A DNA stretch of 57,114 bases, filler included, from Squatina squatina (taxonomy: Eukaryota), in assembly GCA_031763465.1 (NCBI GenBank). It is 4 parts of 3 records of this genome, joined end to end, with 100 filler letters (N's around TTAATTAATTAA, not from the genome) between each part and the next. Parts side by side here need not be neighbours in the genome. Positions count along the whole stretch, not along the records: positions 29,265 to 41,727 come from JARFOE010000100.1; positions 41,828 to 57,114 come from JARFOE010000192.1; 2 more parts are not named here. One strand, 5' to 3'. The position numbers and the translations under genes were made by a program. The notes beneath the pieces are model-generated. The model had not been told where the DNA came from. It saw nothing but the letters and a program-made list of their open reading frames with translations, and did no database searches. Below are positions 39,761-51,822 of the stretch, in pieces. How positions within the stretch are numbered: the first letter of the stretch is position 1; every line of letters starts with the position of its first letter.

Positions 39761-40334
39761 GTCTTTGTTTGCAGCTGCCAATTTGTGTACACAAGGTCCC
39801 ACAAACAGCACATGAGTGATTGCTCAAATAATTTGGAGGACTTTCTGGTGATGTTGGTTAGCAGACATTTTATATTCTAAGTCACCTCTGTTACAGCAAC
39901 AGCTTATTCTATAAAATAAGGAAAAGAATAATTAAAACAAGTAGCAATGGTTTCTGGTAGCTTATAGGTGTACTAACACCATAAGATATTCAGTGTTTGC
40001 ATAGTTACTCCATTTTAAAGTTGTTTTGATAATAATAGGGTTATAATTGTTGTTTTGTTCGTTTCTGTGGGCCATTTGCTTGGTATGCATAGAAGCTGCT
40101 GATGTTGTGTGATGTGATCACTGTGGTACTTGAGATTCAAACCAGAATCACTGCTGTTTGGGGAAAAGAAATGGAGACAGAAGAGCAATCAGAATACAGA
40201 GCAAATAGGAAGATCATCAGACAGCTGGGAAGGAGAGATTATGGTAATGTGAGAAGTAAAAGAAATAACCTCAGATATGAACTGATCGGTGTGAGCTGGA
40301 GAAATGAAACCGAAATGAACTCCGATGAACATGT

Positions 40335-40510
40335 GGTGCCCTTTTATATCTTTGAGGCCTGGTCTTGAATCCAGCTCAGCCTAATGGATAAAAGTATCTT
40401 CTCGCCACACTTGAAAAATAAAATTCACTCATTCGGGTAGTTTCAACCATGCCCCATGAATTACAGGGCCACAGCACAAAACTATGCATAATTTGTCATT
40501 AATTGAAAAT
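40335..40510 (+). mobile_element. Decayed LF-SINE-like element
   Basis: cccttttatatct..ctggtcttgaatccagctcag and ccacagcacaaaac..aatttgtcattaattg resemble two blocks of the recalled LF-SINE consensus, in the right order. Confidence 0.4.
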
Positions 40511-40899
40511 TTCACTTCAAAAACCTAACTCACGCATACCTGACCTTGAGGAATGCTTGACACTGAATAGAAGAAGTGTTCCACATCATGATCAGAATAA
40601 TTTTGTTCCTGCACCCAAAAAGAAACATGTCCTGAGAAGGAGCGAGAAGCACGTTAAATTCACTTGTGAATATAACCAGTTGCTTTTCAATAATAGTGAA
40701 AAGTTCAAGAGGGCTTGGAAATTGGATCATGCTGCACTCGTTTTACAGGTGTCAAATGGACGCCTAAGGATCCAATATGGCAGGTGGCACATTTCCAGAT
40801 AGTTATCTGCGTGCACTTGCTGCCCACCATAATGGGGACTTAGTAGGCTGCTTTGAGCATGAGAAATGGGCACTACCCGGCTGAATTACTGGGCCTCAA

Positions 40900-41090
40900 G
40901 ATTATGGGACATGAGTAGGAGTGTGGGTTTGGGCTAGGGGGGATATTAACCGATATGGGGAATGAGCAGGAGAATGGGATAACACTGGGTGGGATAGTAA
41001 AAAATATGGGGAGTGAGTAGAAGAATGGGATTAGATTAGGTTGGATATTAATGGGTATTGGAAGTGAAGAAGAGAGTGAGATGAGACTGC
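40900..41090. repeat. Degenerate G/A-rich tandem repeat, about 51-nt unit, 3-4 copies
   Basis: (at)atgggg(a)atgag(c/t)ag(g/a)agaatgggat...gggata(t/g)taa recurs at about 40902, 40953, 41004 and 41055. Confidence 0.65.
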
Positions 41091-41574
41091 CGGCTGAGCG
41101 AGAGAGAAAAACCTGCACAAACTCATTGTTCTGAATTGCCTGTTACGGTGCTGGAACATTCCATGACTGTCTACATTTGTCTACAAAGAACACACAATCT
41201 GATCCACTGCACCTTGTAACTCATTCCTCTTCATTTATCATTCTACATGTGTCATTGAGTGACAACCTCAACCTGTTTTACACATATGAGATGAAGCTTT
41301 CATTAAAAATATAGTAGCCACTTATTGATGAACTGATTCCAGTCATTGATACTTTTCTATGTATGGCCTCATCTCAGTTCCAGAATCTTGCTTGCCAACA
41401 GCTGAGACATTTTATTATAGCCTCCTTGTAAGTCATGTGACTGTATGATTTGGCCTTGGTGACTTTCCTTCACTGACAGCACTGTTTAAAACTGTCACTA
41501 GCATGGATTTCATTTCATGAAGGCCAGAATATACAGTCAAAAAAATGATTGGTAGAGAGATAATAAAAGACTGT

Positions 41575-41727
41575 GGGGCTGAAATTCCCCAATTTCCTCA
41601 TCCTGTTAGCGCCTCCGAGGAGCACTGACGGGATGAATATGGGAAAAAAATGGTGGCGGGAGGCAGCTATCTCACCTCCCAGGAAATTCCCCGGGGGGGT
41701 CCCCAAGGTGGGGAATTTCATGGTGGG
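41575..41727. mobile_element. MITE-like element end, truncated by scaffold end
   Basis: Starts ggggctgaaattcccc (cf. 8591) and is GC-rich. Confidence 0.45.
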
Positions 41728-41827
41728 NNNNNNNNNNNNNNNNNNNNNNNNNNNNNNNNNNNNNNNNNNNNTTAATTAATTAANNNNNNNNNNNNNNNNN
41801 NNNNNNNNNNNNNNNNNNNNNNNNNNN
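41728..41827. other. Artificial scaffold spacer
   Basis: 44 N + TTAATTAATTAA + 44 N. Confidence 0.97.
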
Positions 41828-41929
41828 ATTTGACTGTATTTCAATACCTGGGGGTTCCACGTGTGCCACAATCCCAGGTGCCTTGTGCAGCGGTGTACTG
41901 AGTGAAGGGGGAAGGTGTGATCAGCTGCT

Positions 41930-42250
41930 ACTGGGCCACTGACTTGCTGGGCTATTTCAGAGGGCATTGAAGAGTCAACTAAATCGGTGTGGGACTGGAG
42001 TCACATAGGCTCAGACTGGGTAAGGATGGCAGGTTTCCTTCCCTAAAGGAGATTGGTGAACCAGTTGAGTTTTTAGGACTATCCGACAGATTTCACAGTC
42101 AGTTTCATCGAGACCAGCTTCTTAATTTGCAGATTTAATTATTTTAATGAATTCAGATTCTAAACTTGCTCTGGTGGGATTTGAACTCACAACCTCTGGA
42201 TTATTATTCTAGGCCTCTGGATTACTAGACCAGTAACATCACCACTACTT
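41930..42250 (-). mobile_element. tRNA-derived SINE
   Basis: Minus-strand head gtagtggtgatgttactggtctagtaatccagagg...gagttcaaatcccacc (A- and B-box-like), followed by ctggttcacc..ctttagggaaggaaacctgccatccttaccc, a common shark SINE body as recalled. Confidence 0.7.
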
Positions 42251-42915
42251 GTTTAAAGGACACCTTCCAGTACTGATGTTGAGTGAGGAGAGAAGGGGAG
42301 GACGGGAATCCGGAGTTGAGTCCGCATTGCCCAGCTTGTAGATGGCCAAAGGGTCACAGTGAAAGATATTAGAGGCTTACAGCTCCAGTGGCAGAGAGCA
42401 GTCAGATTTGGGATGTGTGGGAGGGAGAAAGGCTTTGCGGCAGAGCCAAAGAAAAGGTATCTTAAGTGGTGGAATGTTAGGAAAAGCTGGATAAGGTAAT
42501 CTGGGCAAGTGAAAGCACTCAAACATAGAGGGCAAGGGCTCATGAACATAAATGGTTTGAGATGCTGATCCCAAAAAATAGAGTTTAAAACAAAAAAATG
42601 TAAAAATAACAATTCAGTTGTCTAACCGCGGCAATATTCCTGAAGTCTGAAAACTTCATCATTTGCTCCCACGACTGACAGACATGGGAAACTGCATTCC
42701 ATCACTCAAGCACTTTTACCAAGATATTTTGGACATTTACCTTTTACTACGCGGGTGTCCCTTAGTTCAGAAAGGACAGCATTAAATGGGTCAGTTGCCG
42801 CTCTATCTTTTGCCTTCATTGTTCATTCGGAAAATTTGTGTTTTTCAGTGCAGGTTATAGTACATTGTACCTACAATTTTAACTAGTGGTTATAATTTTG
42901 ATTTTGTTCTTGCAG

Positions 42916-43009
42916 GTTATTTCTTTTGAGAGATAGTCAGAGTAACCCAAAGACATTTGTGCTAACATTATACTGTCAACAGAAGATCAGGCATTTCCAG
43001 ATACTACCA
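42916..43009 (+). CDS. GRB10: GRB10 penultimate coding exon (SH2 domain)
   Basis: Acceptor ttcttgcag, donor gtaagt, 94 nt. Translates (G)[31 protein letters not shown], with the FLLRDS SH2 signature. Linkage to DDC and FIGNL1 supports GRB10. Confidence 0.9.
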
Positions 43010-44655
43010 GTAAGTTCTTGATTGTATTTCTAAATNNNNNNNNNNNNNNNNNNNNNNNNNNNNNNNNNNNNNNNNNNNNNNNNNNNNNNNNNNNNNNNNN
43101 NNNNNNNNNNNNNNNNNNNNNNNNNNNNNNNNNNNNNNNNNNNNNNNNNNNNNNNNNNNNNNNNNNNNNNNNNNNNNNNNNNNNNNNNNNNNNNNNNNNN
43201 NNNNNNNNNNNNNNNNNNNNNNNNNNNNNNNNNNNNNNNNNNNNNNNNNNNNNNNNNNNNNNNNNNNNNNNNNNNNNNNNNNNNNNNNNNNNNNNNNNNN
43301 NNNNNNNNNNNNNNNNNNNNNNNNNNNNNNNNNNNNNNNNNNNNNNNNNNNNNNNNNNNNNNNNNNNNNNNNNNNNNNNNNNNNNNNNNNNNNNNNNNNN
43401 NNNNNNNNNNNNNNNNNNNNNNNNNNNNNNNNNNNNNNNNNNNNNNNNNNNNNNNNNNNNNNNNNNNNNNNNNNNNNNNNNNNNNNNNNNNNNNNNNNNN
43501 NNNNNNNNNNNNNNNNNNNNNNNNNNNNNNNNNNNNNNNNNNNNNNNNNNNNNNNNNNNNNNNNNNNNNNNNNNNNNNNNNNNNNNNNNNNNNNNNNNNN
43601 NNNNNNNNNNNNNNNNNNNNNNNNNNNNNNNNNNNNNNNNNNNNNNNNNNNNNNNNNNNNNNNNNNNNNNNNNNNNNNNNNNNNNNNNNNNNNNNNNNNN
43701 NNNNNNNNNNNNNNNNNNNNNNNNNNNNNNNNNNNNNNNNNNNNNNNNNNNNNNNNNNNNNNNNNNNNNNNNNNNNNNNNNNNNNNNNNNNNNNNNNNNN
43801 NNNNNNNNNNNNNNNNNNNNNNNNNNNNNNNGTGTTTCCCTTTGTATTGGGGTGCAGGGTGGGGGTCGTGACTGCAAATTTTGCATCATTGATGGGATAT
43901 TGGCCTGTGTGGAAATTTTGTCAGAGTGAGGTGCCAGAGTTGTGATTTTTTAGCATCACCCAGGAGGATCTTCATCGTATTTTGAGCCTCAGATTGTTTA
44001 GGGGTACCATTTTCTGATTTCTGTTGGGAGGGGTGGGTGCAATCTGACAAATTCTGCGTTGGCCTGGGAAAGGGGTCAAGCTTGAAGTGATTAAATGCTC
44101 TTTCATTCTCCAGTAGCCCAGAGATCGACTGAATTGAGGANNNNNNNNNNGGACCTGCGCCAGTGGTTAAACATTGGTGTTTTGGTTCATTATCTTCAGG
44201 AAATCGGTTGTAACTTAAGACATACTACTTTATAAACTTTAATGCTGAAACTTTATAGTCATACTGAAGAAGTTGACCTTATTTGACGTCTTATGATATC
44301 TGATCATATGAAGACTGTGTAAGTGTAGTGGAACACTAAAATGTTCTGAGTCTATAGTTTAGTTAACAAATATCTTCTATAAATTGTATTCAGTCATCTC
44401 TTGTAACAAATGTAATGTACGTGTCTAGTCTTACAAATCACTGTGGTTATATTTGTGTGTAATNNNNNNNNNNNNNNNNNNNNNNNNNNNNNNNNNNNNN
44501 NNNNNNNNNNNNNNNNNNNNNNNNNNNNNNNNNNNNNNNNNNNNNNNNNNNNNNNNNNNNNNNTGTGTGTAATGCTAGTTTTAAATATTCATAGTTTTTG
44601 AATATTTATTGCATATGTTATACATTGTAATTCAATCGGCTTTTTTTCTTCCTAG

Positions 44656-44802
44656 TGCGAAGATAATGGACAGCTTGTCTTCAGTCTTGATGATGGCAAT
44701 ACCAGATTTACTGATCTTATCCAGCTTGTTGAATTTTATCAACTGAACCGAGGAATTCTTCCTTGCAAGCTAAAGCATTACTGTGCCCAGATTTCTTTAT
44801 GA
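44656..44802 (+). CDS. GRB10: GRB10 terminal coding exon (SH2 C-terminus)
   Basis: Acceptor tttcttcctag. Translates [54 protein letters not shown] signals follow at about 44928 and 44952. Confidence 0.92.
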   Translation, partial: CEDNGQLVFSLDDGNTRFTDLIQLVEFYQLNRGILPCKLKHYCAQISL

Positions 44803-45617
44803 CCGTTGATTTTTGTTTACTGATTGGAGTTAACTATAATAGACTGGAATTGCTACCTGATTCTCTGCATCAACTCTGGAGTCTTTGGCTAAAAAGAACT
44901 GCATTCTTCAACAGAAGGGTGAAATCCAATAAAAGCATAAATTGAAGACGAAATAAATTGAGACTAACTTCTTCACAAAATATGTGGTAATACAGAAGAA
45001 AAAATGAACTGAGCAGTTGAGTATTTGCAGATTTCAATAGTCACTTCGTACAAACTGAAAAAGATCTTCCAAGATAAACTACAAATACATAAGATAATGT
45101 TTATTACAACAATAACAAACTTGACTATAACACCTACCAAGAGTAATCTTGATTCTGTATTTGAATGGAAGAGAAATGGCTTACAATGTGCAGCTAATTT
45201 GCTCATTTCAGAAGGAGAAAAATGACATTACCTTATTGCTGAAGAGACATTTAATTTCCTACAGCACTTAATGTTTCTTTTATTTCATGAATGTAGCCTA
45301 TTGTGAGTAATGTTCAAGTGCTGACATCAGGAAAGAATAGCACAAGTCATATATGACTGCTGCTTTTGGAAACGAACGTACAGCCATTTGCAACGTCTAC
45401 ATTCTCATCATTCACTGTCCAAAGTTAGCGAGAGAACAGGTCGAGCAAGAATGCAGATCTAACCCGTTTTACTGCTATGAACTAATGCATTCAAATCAAG
45501 TTTTAAAACTATGATGTATTAGTTAAATAACTTTTTAATTACTTTCTGGAGTTTACTGAAAAGCTGACAAATATTTAATAACTATGGATTTAGACACTAT
45601 AAGGGTAATTTTTACCA

Positions 45618-45954
45618 ACAAAAAAGGCTGGAAAAACTCAGCAGGTCAGGCAGCATCTGTGGAGAGAAAAACAGTCAGCGTTTCGGGTCGATCACCCTTC
45701 GTCAGAACTGAAAAAAGCCAGAAATATAGCAACTTTTAAAGCTCTGACAGGCACGATTGGGTGACCGCTTTGCAGAACACCACCGTTTAGTTGGTAAGCA
45801 GGATCCCGAACTTCCAGTCGCCTGTCACTTTAATTCTTCATTTCATTCCCACTCTGACCTTTCTGTCTTTGGCCTGTTGCAAGCTCGAGGAACAGCACCT
45901 CATCTTTTGATTAGGCACTTTACAGCCTTCTGGACTTAACATTGAGTTCAACAA
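45618..45954 (+). mobile_element. Penelope-like element fragment (GIY-YIG endonuclease C-terminal part)
   Basis: LGDRFAEH..PELPVACHFNS..HSHSDLSVFGL, then frameshifted LEEQHLIF*LGTLQPSGLNIEFN, preceded by the gctggaaaaactcagcaggtcaggcagcatctgtggagag terminal repeat. Confidence 0.75.
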
Positions 45955-47511
45955 NNNNNNNNNNNNNNNNNNNNNNNNNNNNNNNNNNNNNNNNNNNNNN
46001 NNNNNNNNNNNNNNNNNNNNNNNNNNNNNNNNNNNNNNNNNNNNNNNNNNNNNNCAGCATCCGTAGTATTTCGCTTCTGTAGGGGTAATTTTTGCTTCAG
46101 ATGCAGGCATAGAACTGGCAGTTGGTCACCCACTATACCCCCTTCATTGGTTTCAGTGGAAAGGAAAAGCAGGTGGGGTGTATAACAGGTAGCCAAAGTG
46201 AAAATTGCCTCCAACACTCCTGGACCTAGTTGTCCAGATCTTTGACAAGTATCAAATCAAGTAGCTCGACTATTGAGATTTAATCTTGTCTTTTGAGGAT
46301 TTATTCCACAGCACTAGATACCATTTCCGCTCTGCTGAGCTTTGACCAATTGTTTATCCATAAAGTGGAATTGGTTACGACAGTGTTTTGTCTGCTAGAG
46401 TTACGTTGTCTAGCCTTGGTAATCAGGATGATTCATGTGCAAGTTAGTGATCTTTTGTTGTTAGCTCACAGCAATAAAACTATTGCTCAGATTGCACAGG
46501 AGCACTATAAGACACATGTTTTCAAAATGTACTAAACCCATTTTTAAAATAGGGATGTCATATTTGATGAGATTTTTTACATTTCAGATGATACAGCACT
46601 GTAAAACTACCAAATTGGTTTTTAAATGTAATTCTAATGAAACAACTATTAAGGCAGCCCTGTTTTAAGAGAATGTGTAGAAGTAGAACACTATAGTTTA
46701 CAAATTACAATTTGTTAGTATTTGTTGTATTGATTTTCTTTCACAACCTGTCAACTTATTGAAGGTGAGGCTTGATTTGAATTTAAGGACATTGTACACT
46801 TGCCTTTATTACAAGTAAATGGTTTTCATATTTTTTTCTGCTGTGTTGTATTTGTCGCAAAGTGCCCCCTTCAAAGAAAAGGTTGCCTAACGTACCTCCA
46901 TAAAAGATTATACGTGCACACTTTTGTAATAATTAGCATAAACTGCTCCACACAGCCAATGCTGGCCTGATGGCATTTGAATTTAACAAAATATCACTGG
47001 ATCCAAAAAGATATTCCAATAATTTTTTTGAATATTTTTGAAACTGGGTTCCGGGATACATTATCTGCAAACACTTAGCCAGAATTTTAAAATCAGTATT
47101 GCATTCTTTTTGCATATTTATGAATGTAAATTTATTTAAATTTAGAGGAGGTAAAGGTGTTTAGGATGCCTTATAATGTGTGATGTCTGATGGTTTGAAC
47201 AATCAATAGTTACTCATCAGTTAGACTTAACCATTAGTTCAGCAGTTAATATGCATATACTATTAATTATATTCTTATCAGCTTGACTGAGTTCCTCTAC
47301 TGAAATTCTGGCACAGTCATCAATTTGACTAGGCCCAGCAGGTTCAGCCGGCNNNNNNNNNNNNNNNNNNNNNNNNNNNNNNNNNNNNNNNNNNNNNNNN
47401 NNNNNNNNNNNNNNNNNNNNNNNNNNNNNNNNNNNNNNNNNNNNNNNNNNNNGAAACGGTGACTAAGTCACCAAGACCATGTCATTGTGCATCGCTGGTG
47501 ACACATTCAGC

Positions 47512-47566
47512 TATGGGGCCCCAAAAGCTGCACTGCTTTCAGCACAGCCAAATTGGGGCCCCCATA
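47512..47566. repeat. 55-nt inverted repeat (collapsed MITE-like hairpin)
   Basis: tatggggccccaaaagctg ... cagccaaattggggcccccata. Confidence 0.6.
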
Positions 47567-49339
47567 AGTTTTCCAACAACCAAAATATGTTTCTAGTCCA
47601 CATTACTTCAATAAATGATTGATGAATAAGAAAATCCTAAACATTTTTTGTCACTAGTCTATCACATGGATACTTTTGATTAACTCCAGTTAAAGACAAA
47701 CTGCAGCGAACTACCATCACTGATGAGCTTTGTTTCCTTATCCCAGATAATCTTTTTTAAAGTTTTCTTTTATACCCATTGTTGCCTGGGACTCTTTCTT
47801 GTACGCAAAAGTTCAAATGCAGAGTTAACCATCACCTGGGAAACCAGAATTGTTGAAGCATGCATCAGGTGCTCAAAAGTTGCTGGATTTACTCCACTGG
47901 GCCCCAGTGTAGATGTCTTTGCAATTTTGTAAGATACTTGGTTTTGTTATAGTTTTCAGTAACTGGCTGCATCTTCTTGTTATGCCATACAATAAATCAA
48001 AAATAAACAAAGAGGGAGACATTTGGGTTGGGTATCGAACAGGTGCCACATCAGTAATGCATCCATAGACCAACACGACAGTCGGTGGTCTGAACAACTT
48101 TCAGATTCGGGCCTCATTAATATTTTCTTGGTGAGCTGCAAGCTCATTGCTGCAACTCGTTGTTTCCTTGAGAGGAAATTTTTGTGGGGCCCAGAAGAGC
48201 ACTCCTGCCCATCCACTTTCTTTTCTGCACTTTCATTTCTCATTTTGCTTACTTTTGTCTCTCAATATCTCCTGTAATTTCTGCATATCTCACTTCATCA
48301 CTTTTATCTTTTTTCCCTCACTTTCCATATCCTCTTCCTTTCAATTTCCCATTTTCTTTGTTTTTAATTTTCTCTGTTTGCTTTTTCAAGATTTTTCATT
48401 TTGCTTTACTTCCTACGTCGTTGAAGGCGTTGAGTTTGGGAAACTGCATGAGACAATGAGGAAGCCAGACGAGTCCCCCAATCAGCCAGGGAGTGGGAGT
48501 TAAAAGAAGCACCAGGGGCTTAAAAATAATGGGTATTTGCGCTTCAAAATAAGCACTTGCAGTCACCACCTTGCTAGTTCAGTGTTCAGAAAAAAATTAG
48601 CAAAAATAATCAAAATCGCAATACTGCAGGGCTGAGTCAAAATCATAGAAACCATGACTTGTTAAGATCACATAATTAGAGCCTGTCTCTATATAACCCA
48701 TTCCATTATCTTGTATTGTGATTTTACTCATTTGAAAATTGTTTTTTTTTTAAACTTGAGTACCGTGGCTGAACAGCTAGCACAGGTAATATTTCAACGC
48801 CAATGCACCCTCTGTCCAAGATGCTACCAATGGCATTAGGGGAGTTTCTGCAGTGGAAAACACCAACGCAAAGCTCAGCCCTTCTCTGTTCCCCGACAAC
48901 CTGAGTGACAGCGCACCAACTGCCCACACTCACTGCTGGTGTTCAACCAAGCAAATAGCAGCGCTGTCAGCAGAGCTTTGAAATGAGCCAGAGGAGGAAA
49001 GAAGCATCTCATTTGGAAAAAGGCAGCACTAAGAGAGGGAGGTATCAGCAGGAGCAGAGCAAAGGCCAGGCAGCGGGTTCAGTGCACAACCCAGTCCCTG
49101 ATGAACTTCACTGATTTGTCACAGTTGGAAAGAAGCTGAAACAAATGGATGTTGGTTTTAAATGCAATGATGCACCAGCTGCAGAGTGGGATGTTAAAAA
49201 AAGAAAATGTGGGCGGGAAATTGAGAACCTGGCTCCAGCAAAGTGTCGATCGGGACTGTCCCAACTATCCGGTGTGGTGATGCACCAGTGAACTGAATGT
49301 AAAAAGTTTATACTGCTACCACAACAAAGACAACAAGTA

Positions 49340-49530
49340 GCTAATCCATCTTTGATCCCTAGTCAGTGCTGAGTTAGCTGACCTCAGGCAGGACAGAGTA
49401 GGGGTCTCGTCATCCTTGGGCTAGGAAAAAGGAAAGCTGACCACCAGCATTCCATGCGACTAAACATTGTGTCAGCCATCCCTACTGGAAATGGGAATGT
49501 GTGGATTTAGGGGGGAAAACAGGATTTGGT
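49340..49530 (+). mobile_element. Decayed SINE-like fragment
   Basis: gatccctagtcagtgctgagttagctgacctcag..agtagggg..tgggctagg..ccctactggaaa resembles a recalled shark SINE body. Confidence 0.4.
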
Positions 49531-49609
49531 TTACTTTTGTTGGATAATGGGGAGGAAGTAAATCCTGAACACGAGATGAGAAATAGTATAATTAATAAAT
49601 GAAAAGTAT

Positions 49610-50467
49610 TAGAGTAGTTGGTTAAGTTAAAGGAGGACAAAGTGCCAGAACCTGACAGGGTACATCCATGAATCCCTACAGAGGCCCTAGAATTTAAAGT
49701 TCAGAGCTGAGAGTTTATATGTGCCAGCAGACTGGAAACTGGCCAATGTAATACCAATTTTCAAAAACGAGACAGAGCTATGGGTAAATACAGGCCAGTT
49801 AGACAGACATCTGTCATAGGAAAAACTGGAATCTATAATTCTAGGTTTCAGAAAGGAAGGTCATGCTTATCAAACTTGGTAGAGTTCTTTGACAAGGTGA
49901 GGAAATGGTGGATAGGGAAATACAATGAATGAGGTGTACATGGACTTTTAAAATGCCTTTGACAAGGTTCCGCACAGGAAACTATTGGAGAAAATTAAAA
50001 GTAAGGAATTAGAGCAAGGATAGTGAACAGGATTAAAAGCTGGTTAGAAAGCAGGAAATAGAAAGTATGAAAGACTTGCTGATGACACAAAGTTAGGTGG
50101 AAATGTGAGATGTGAGGAGGATTCTAAGACGCCTCAAGGGGATATAGACAGGCTAGGTGAGTGGGCAAGAACATGATAGATGGAATATAATGTGGGAAAA
50201 AGTGAAGTTATCCGCTTTGGTAGAAAAAACAGAAATGCAGATTATTTCTTAAATGGCGAGAGATTGGGAAATGTTGATGTTCAAAGCGACCTGGGTGTCC
50301 TTGTACATGAGTCACTTAAAGCTAACATGCAGGTGCAGCAAGCAATTGGGAAGGCAAATGGTATGTTGGCCTTTATTACAAGAGGATTTGAGTACAGGAG
50401 CAAGGATGTCTTGCTGCAATTATATAGGGCCTTGGTGAGATCGCACCATTGTGTACAGTTTTGGTCT
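49610..50467 (+). mobile_element. CR1 LINE RT fragments (internally deleted)
   Basis: DWKLANVIPIFK, YRPV, GRSCLSNLVEFFD, YMDF*NAFDKVPH, ADDTKLGG, DIDRLGEWA, MEYNVGK, DLGVLVH, LYRALVR, CVQFWS. Confidence 0.9.
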
Positions 50468-50578
50468 CATAGAGCAGGAGTAGGCCATTCAGCCCTTCGG
50501 GCCTGCTCCGCCATTCAATATGATCACGGCTGATCATCTAATTCAGTACCCTGTTCCCGCTTTCTCCCCATATCCCAT
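50468..50578 (-). mobile_element. CR1 3' terminus, opposite orientation
   Basis: catagagcaggagtaggccattcagcccttcgggcctgctccgccattcaatatgatc, same family as 16561-16672. Confidence 0.75.
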
Positions 50579-51727
50579 AGAGGAAAGATTGTCAGCACTG
50601 AAGTCTGTCATGGAGCATGCAGCAGTATATGTGGCAGCTCTGTAGCAGAAATTTGCCACTGCATTGAGGGAGAATCACTCATGACCATTCAAACAGCTGC
50701 TCTAGAGTCATTGAGAGACAACCTACAAAATGCCCTCTTAGCCAGCCAGCATAACACTGAAATTTCCAATGGGTCTAGGGGGCGGATCCGACACCCATCT
50801 CAAACGGGTCCATCAGTGCAGGGACTTCCAATGACAGGAATTCTTGTATACGTGGGTTTCACAAGTACCGAGCATATATCCGTCAGTAGACTCCAAGCTA
50901 TATAGTAATAGTGGGCCCCACCTGTTGTTCCAGTCTGGTATTGTCATCTGGATCCTTGATAAAAAATGAGTGGTTAAAAAAAATTACAAAGTGGGTAGAG
51001 GGAACTTCCCAGCTTGGTATGTATCCGCCACAATTTGTGAGCTCCTCGGTAAATGGGCATCTTAGATATGTCCCTAGTGGCGTGGATGGCAACCACTGAC
51101 ATGTAAATCAAGGGATCTTTCCCTGATCCCACAAAATGTAATCAAGTGCCAAAGCTCTCTCTGAAAGTTACTGTCCATGAGCTCAAATATTTATTTCTAC
51201 CGTTATGTTTTATTTTTATTTAATTTTTTTTTGCCACAATCAGCTCAGGTGACAGCAATTGCTGCAAACAAACAAAATAAATTGCTGGAAATATCCACAC
51301 CACTCATTCAGACCTCTGTTAAAACAGCAGATATAGAAATGCCATATGAATCTATTAAGCATTTTTTGCTAATATCTAGGCTATAATCAAATGATTTTGA
51401 ACTGTATTTATTAACTGATTAGTCCTGCTAAAAACATCAGGTTAGTTGGATACTTTTAGGTCTTTTCCTTTTCCACCTTGACTGATGGATAAATGTCTAT
51501 TGTGTGCAAGAGTTTGTGTTTATTATCTCAAAGGAATCATCTTCATTTGTATGCATATTAAATTCTATCCACCTTAGCCGCTCTATGAAGCTCTCATAGT
51601 GATATAAGCAATATGAGTTTTGTCATCTGTAAATATAATAGTTCTAAAAATACCTTCCTTCCTATTGTATATGAATAGTTTGAACAGGAGGGAATCAGAA
51701 TATTGCATTAAAGGTTGCTGCCCTTAC

Positions 51728-51822
51728 CTCCACTCCATTTAAAAGAGGTCTGAATTCTGGACAGATAAAAGCACTTCCTGCATAGGCGGCGTCAATGTGC
51801 ATCCAGATATTTTCAGAATTAC
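51728..51822 (-). CDS. DDC: Aromatic L-amino acid (DOPA) decarboxylase internal exon
   Basis: Acceptor tatttcag, donor gtaagg, 95 nt. Translates (C)[31 protein letters not shown]. HxDAAYAG is the group II PLP decarboxylase motif; [15 protein letters not shown] is DDC-type. Confidence 0.92.

Noticed and set aside
42170-42250. tRNA gene
   Set aside because: The A/B-box-like sequence is the head of a SINE, and no complete cloverleaf is evident.
10078-43929. Long ORFs in the track made mostly of X (e.g. 10078, 13428, 19963, 24511, 25786, 42987, 43018)
   Set aside because: They are artefacts of translating N runs.
42916-44802. Assignment to GRB14 or GRB7
   Set aside because: Some residues are shared (TRFTDL, LNRGILP, KHYCA), but [11 protein letters not shown] and FSLDDGNT plus the DDC/FIGNL1 neighbours favour GRB10.
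50075-50578. Twin-priming 5' inversion of a single CR1 insertion
   Set aside because: The inverted piece abuts through its 3' terminus, which is the wrong geometry. An independent insertion or a deletion is more likely.
51728-51822. Histidine decarboxylase or processed pseudogene
   Set aside because: Residues SAFIC and LLNGVE are DDC-type, and intact AG/GT splice sites argue against a retrocopy.
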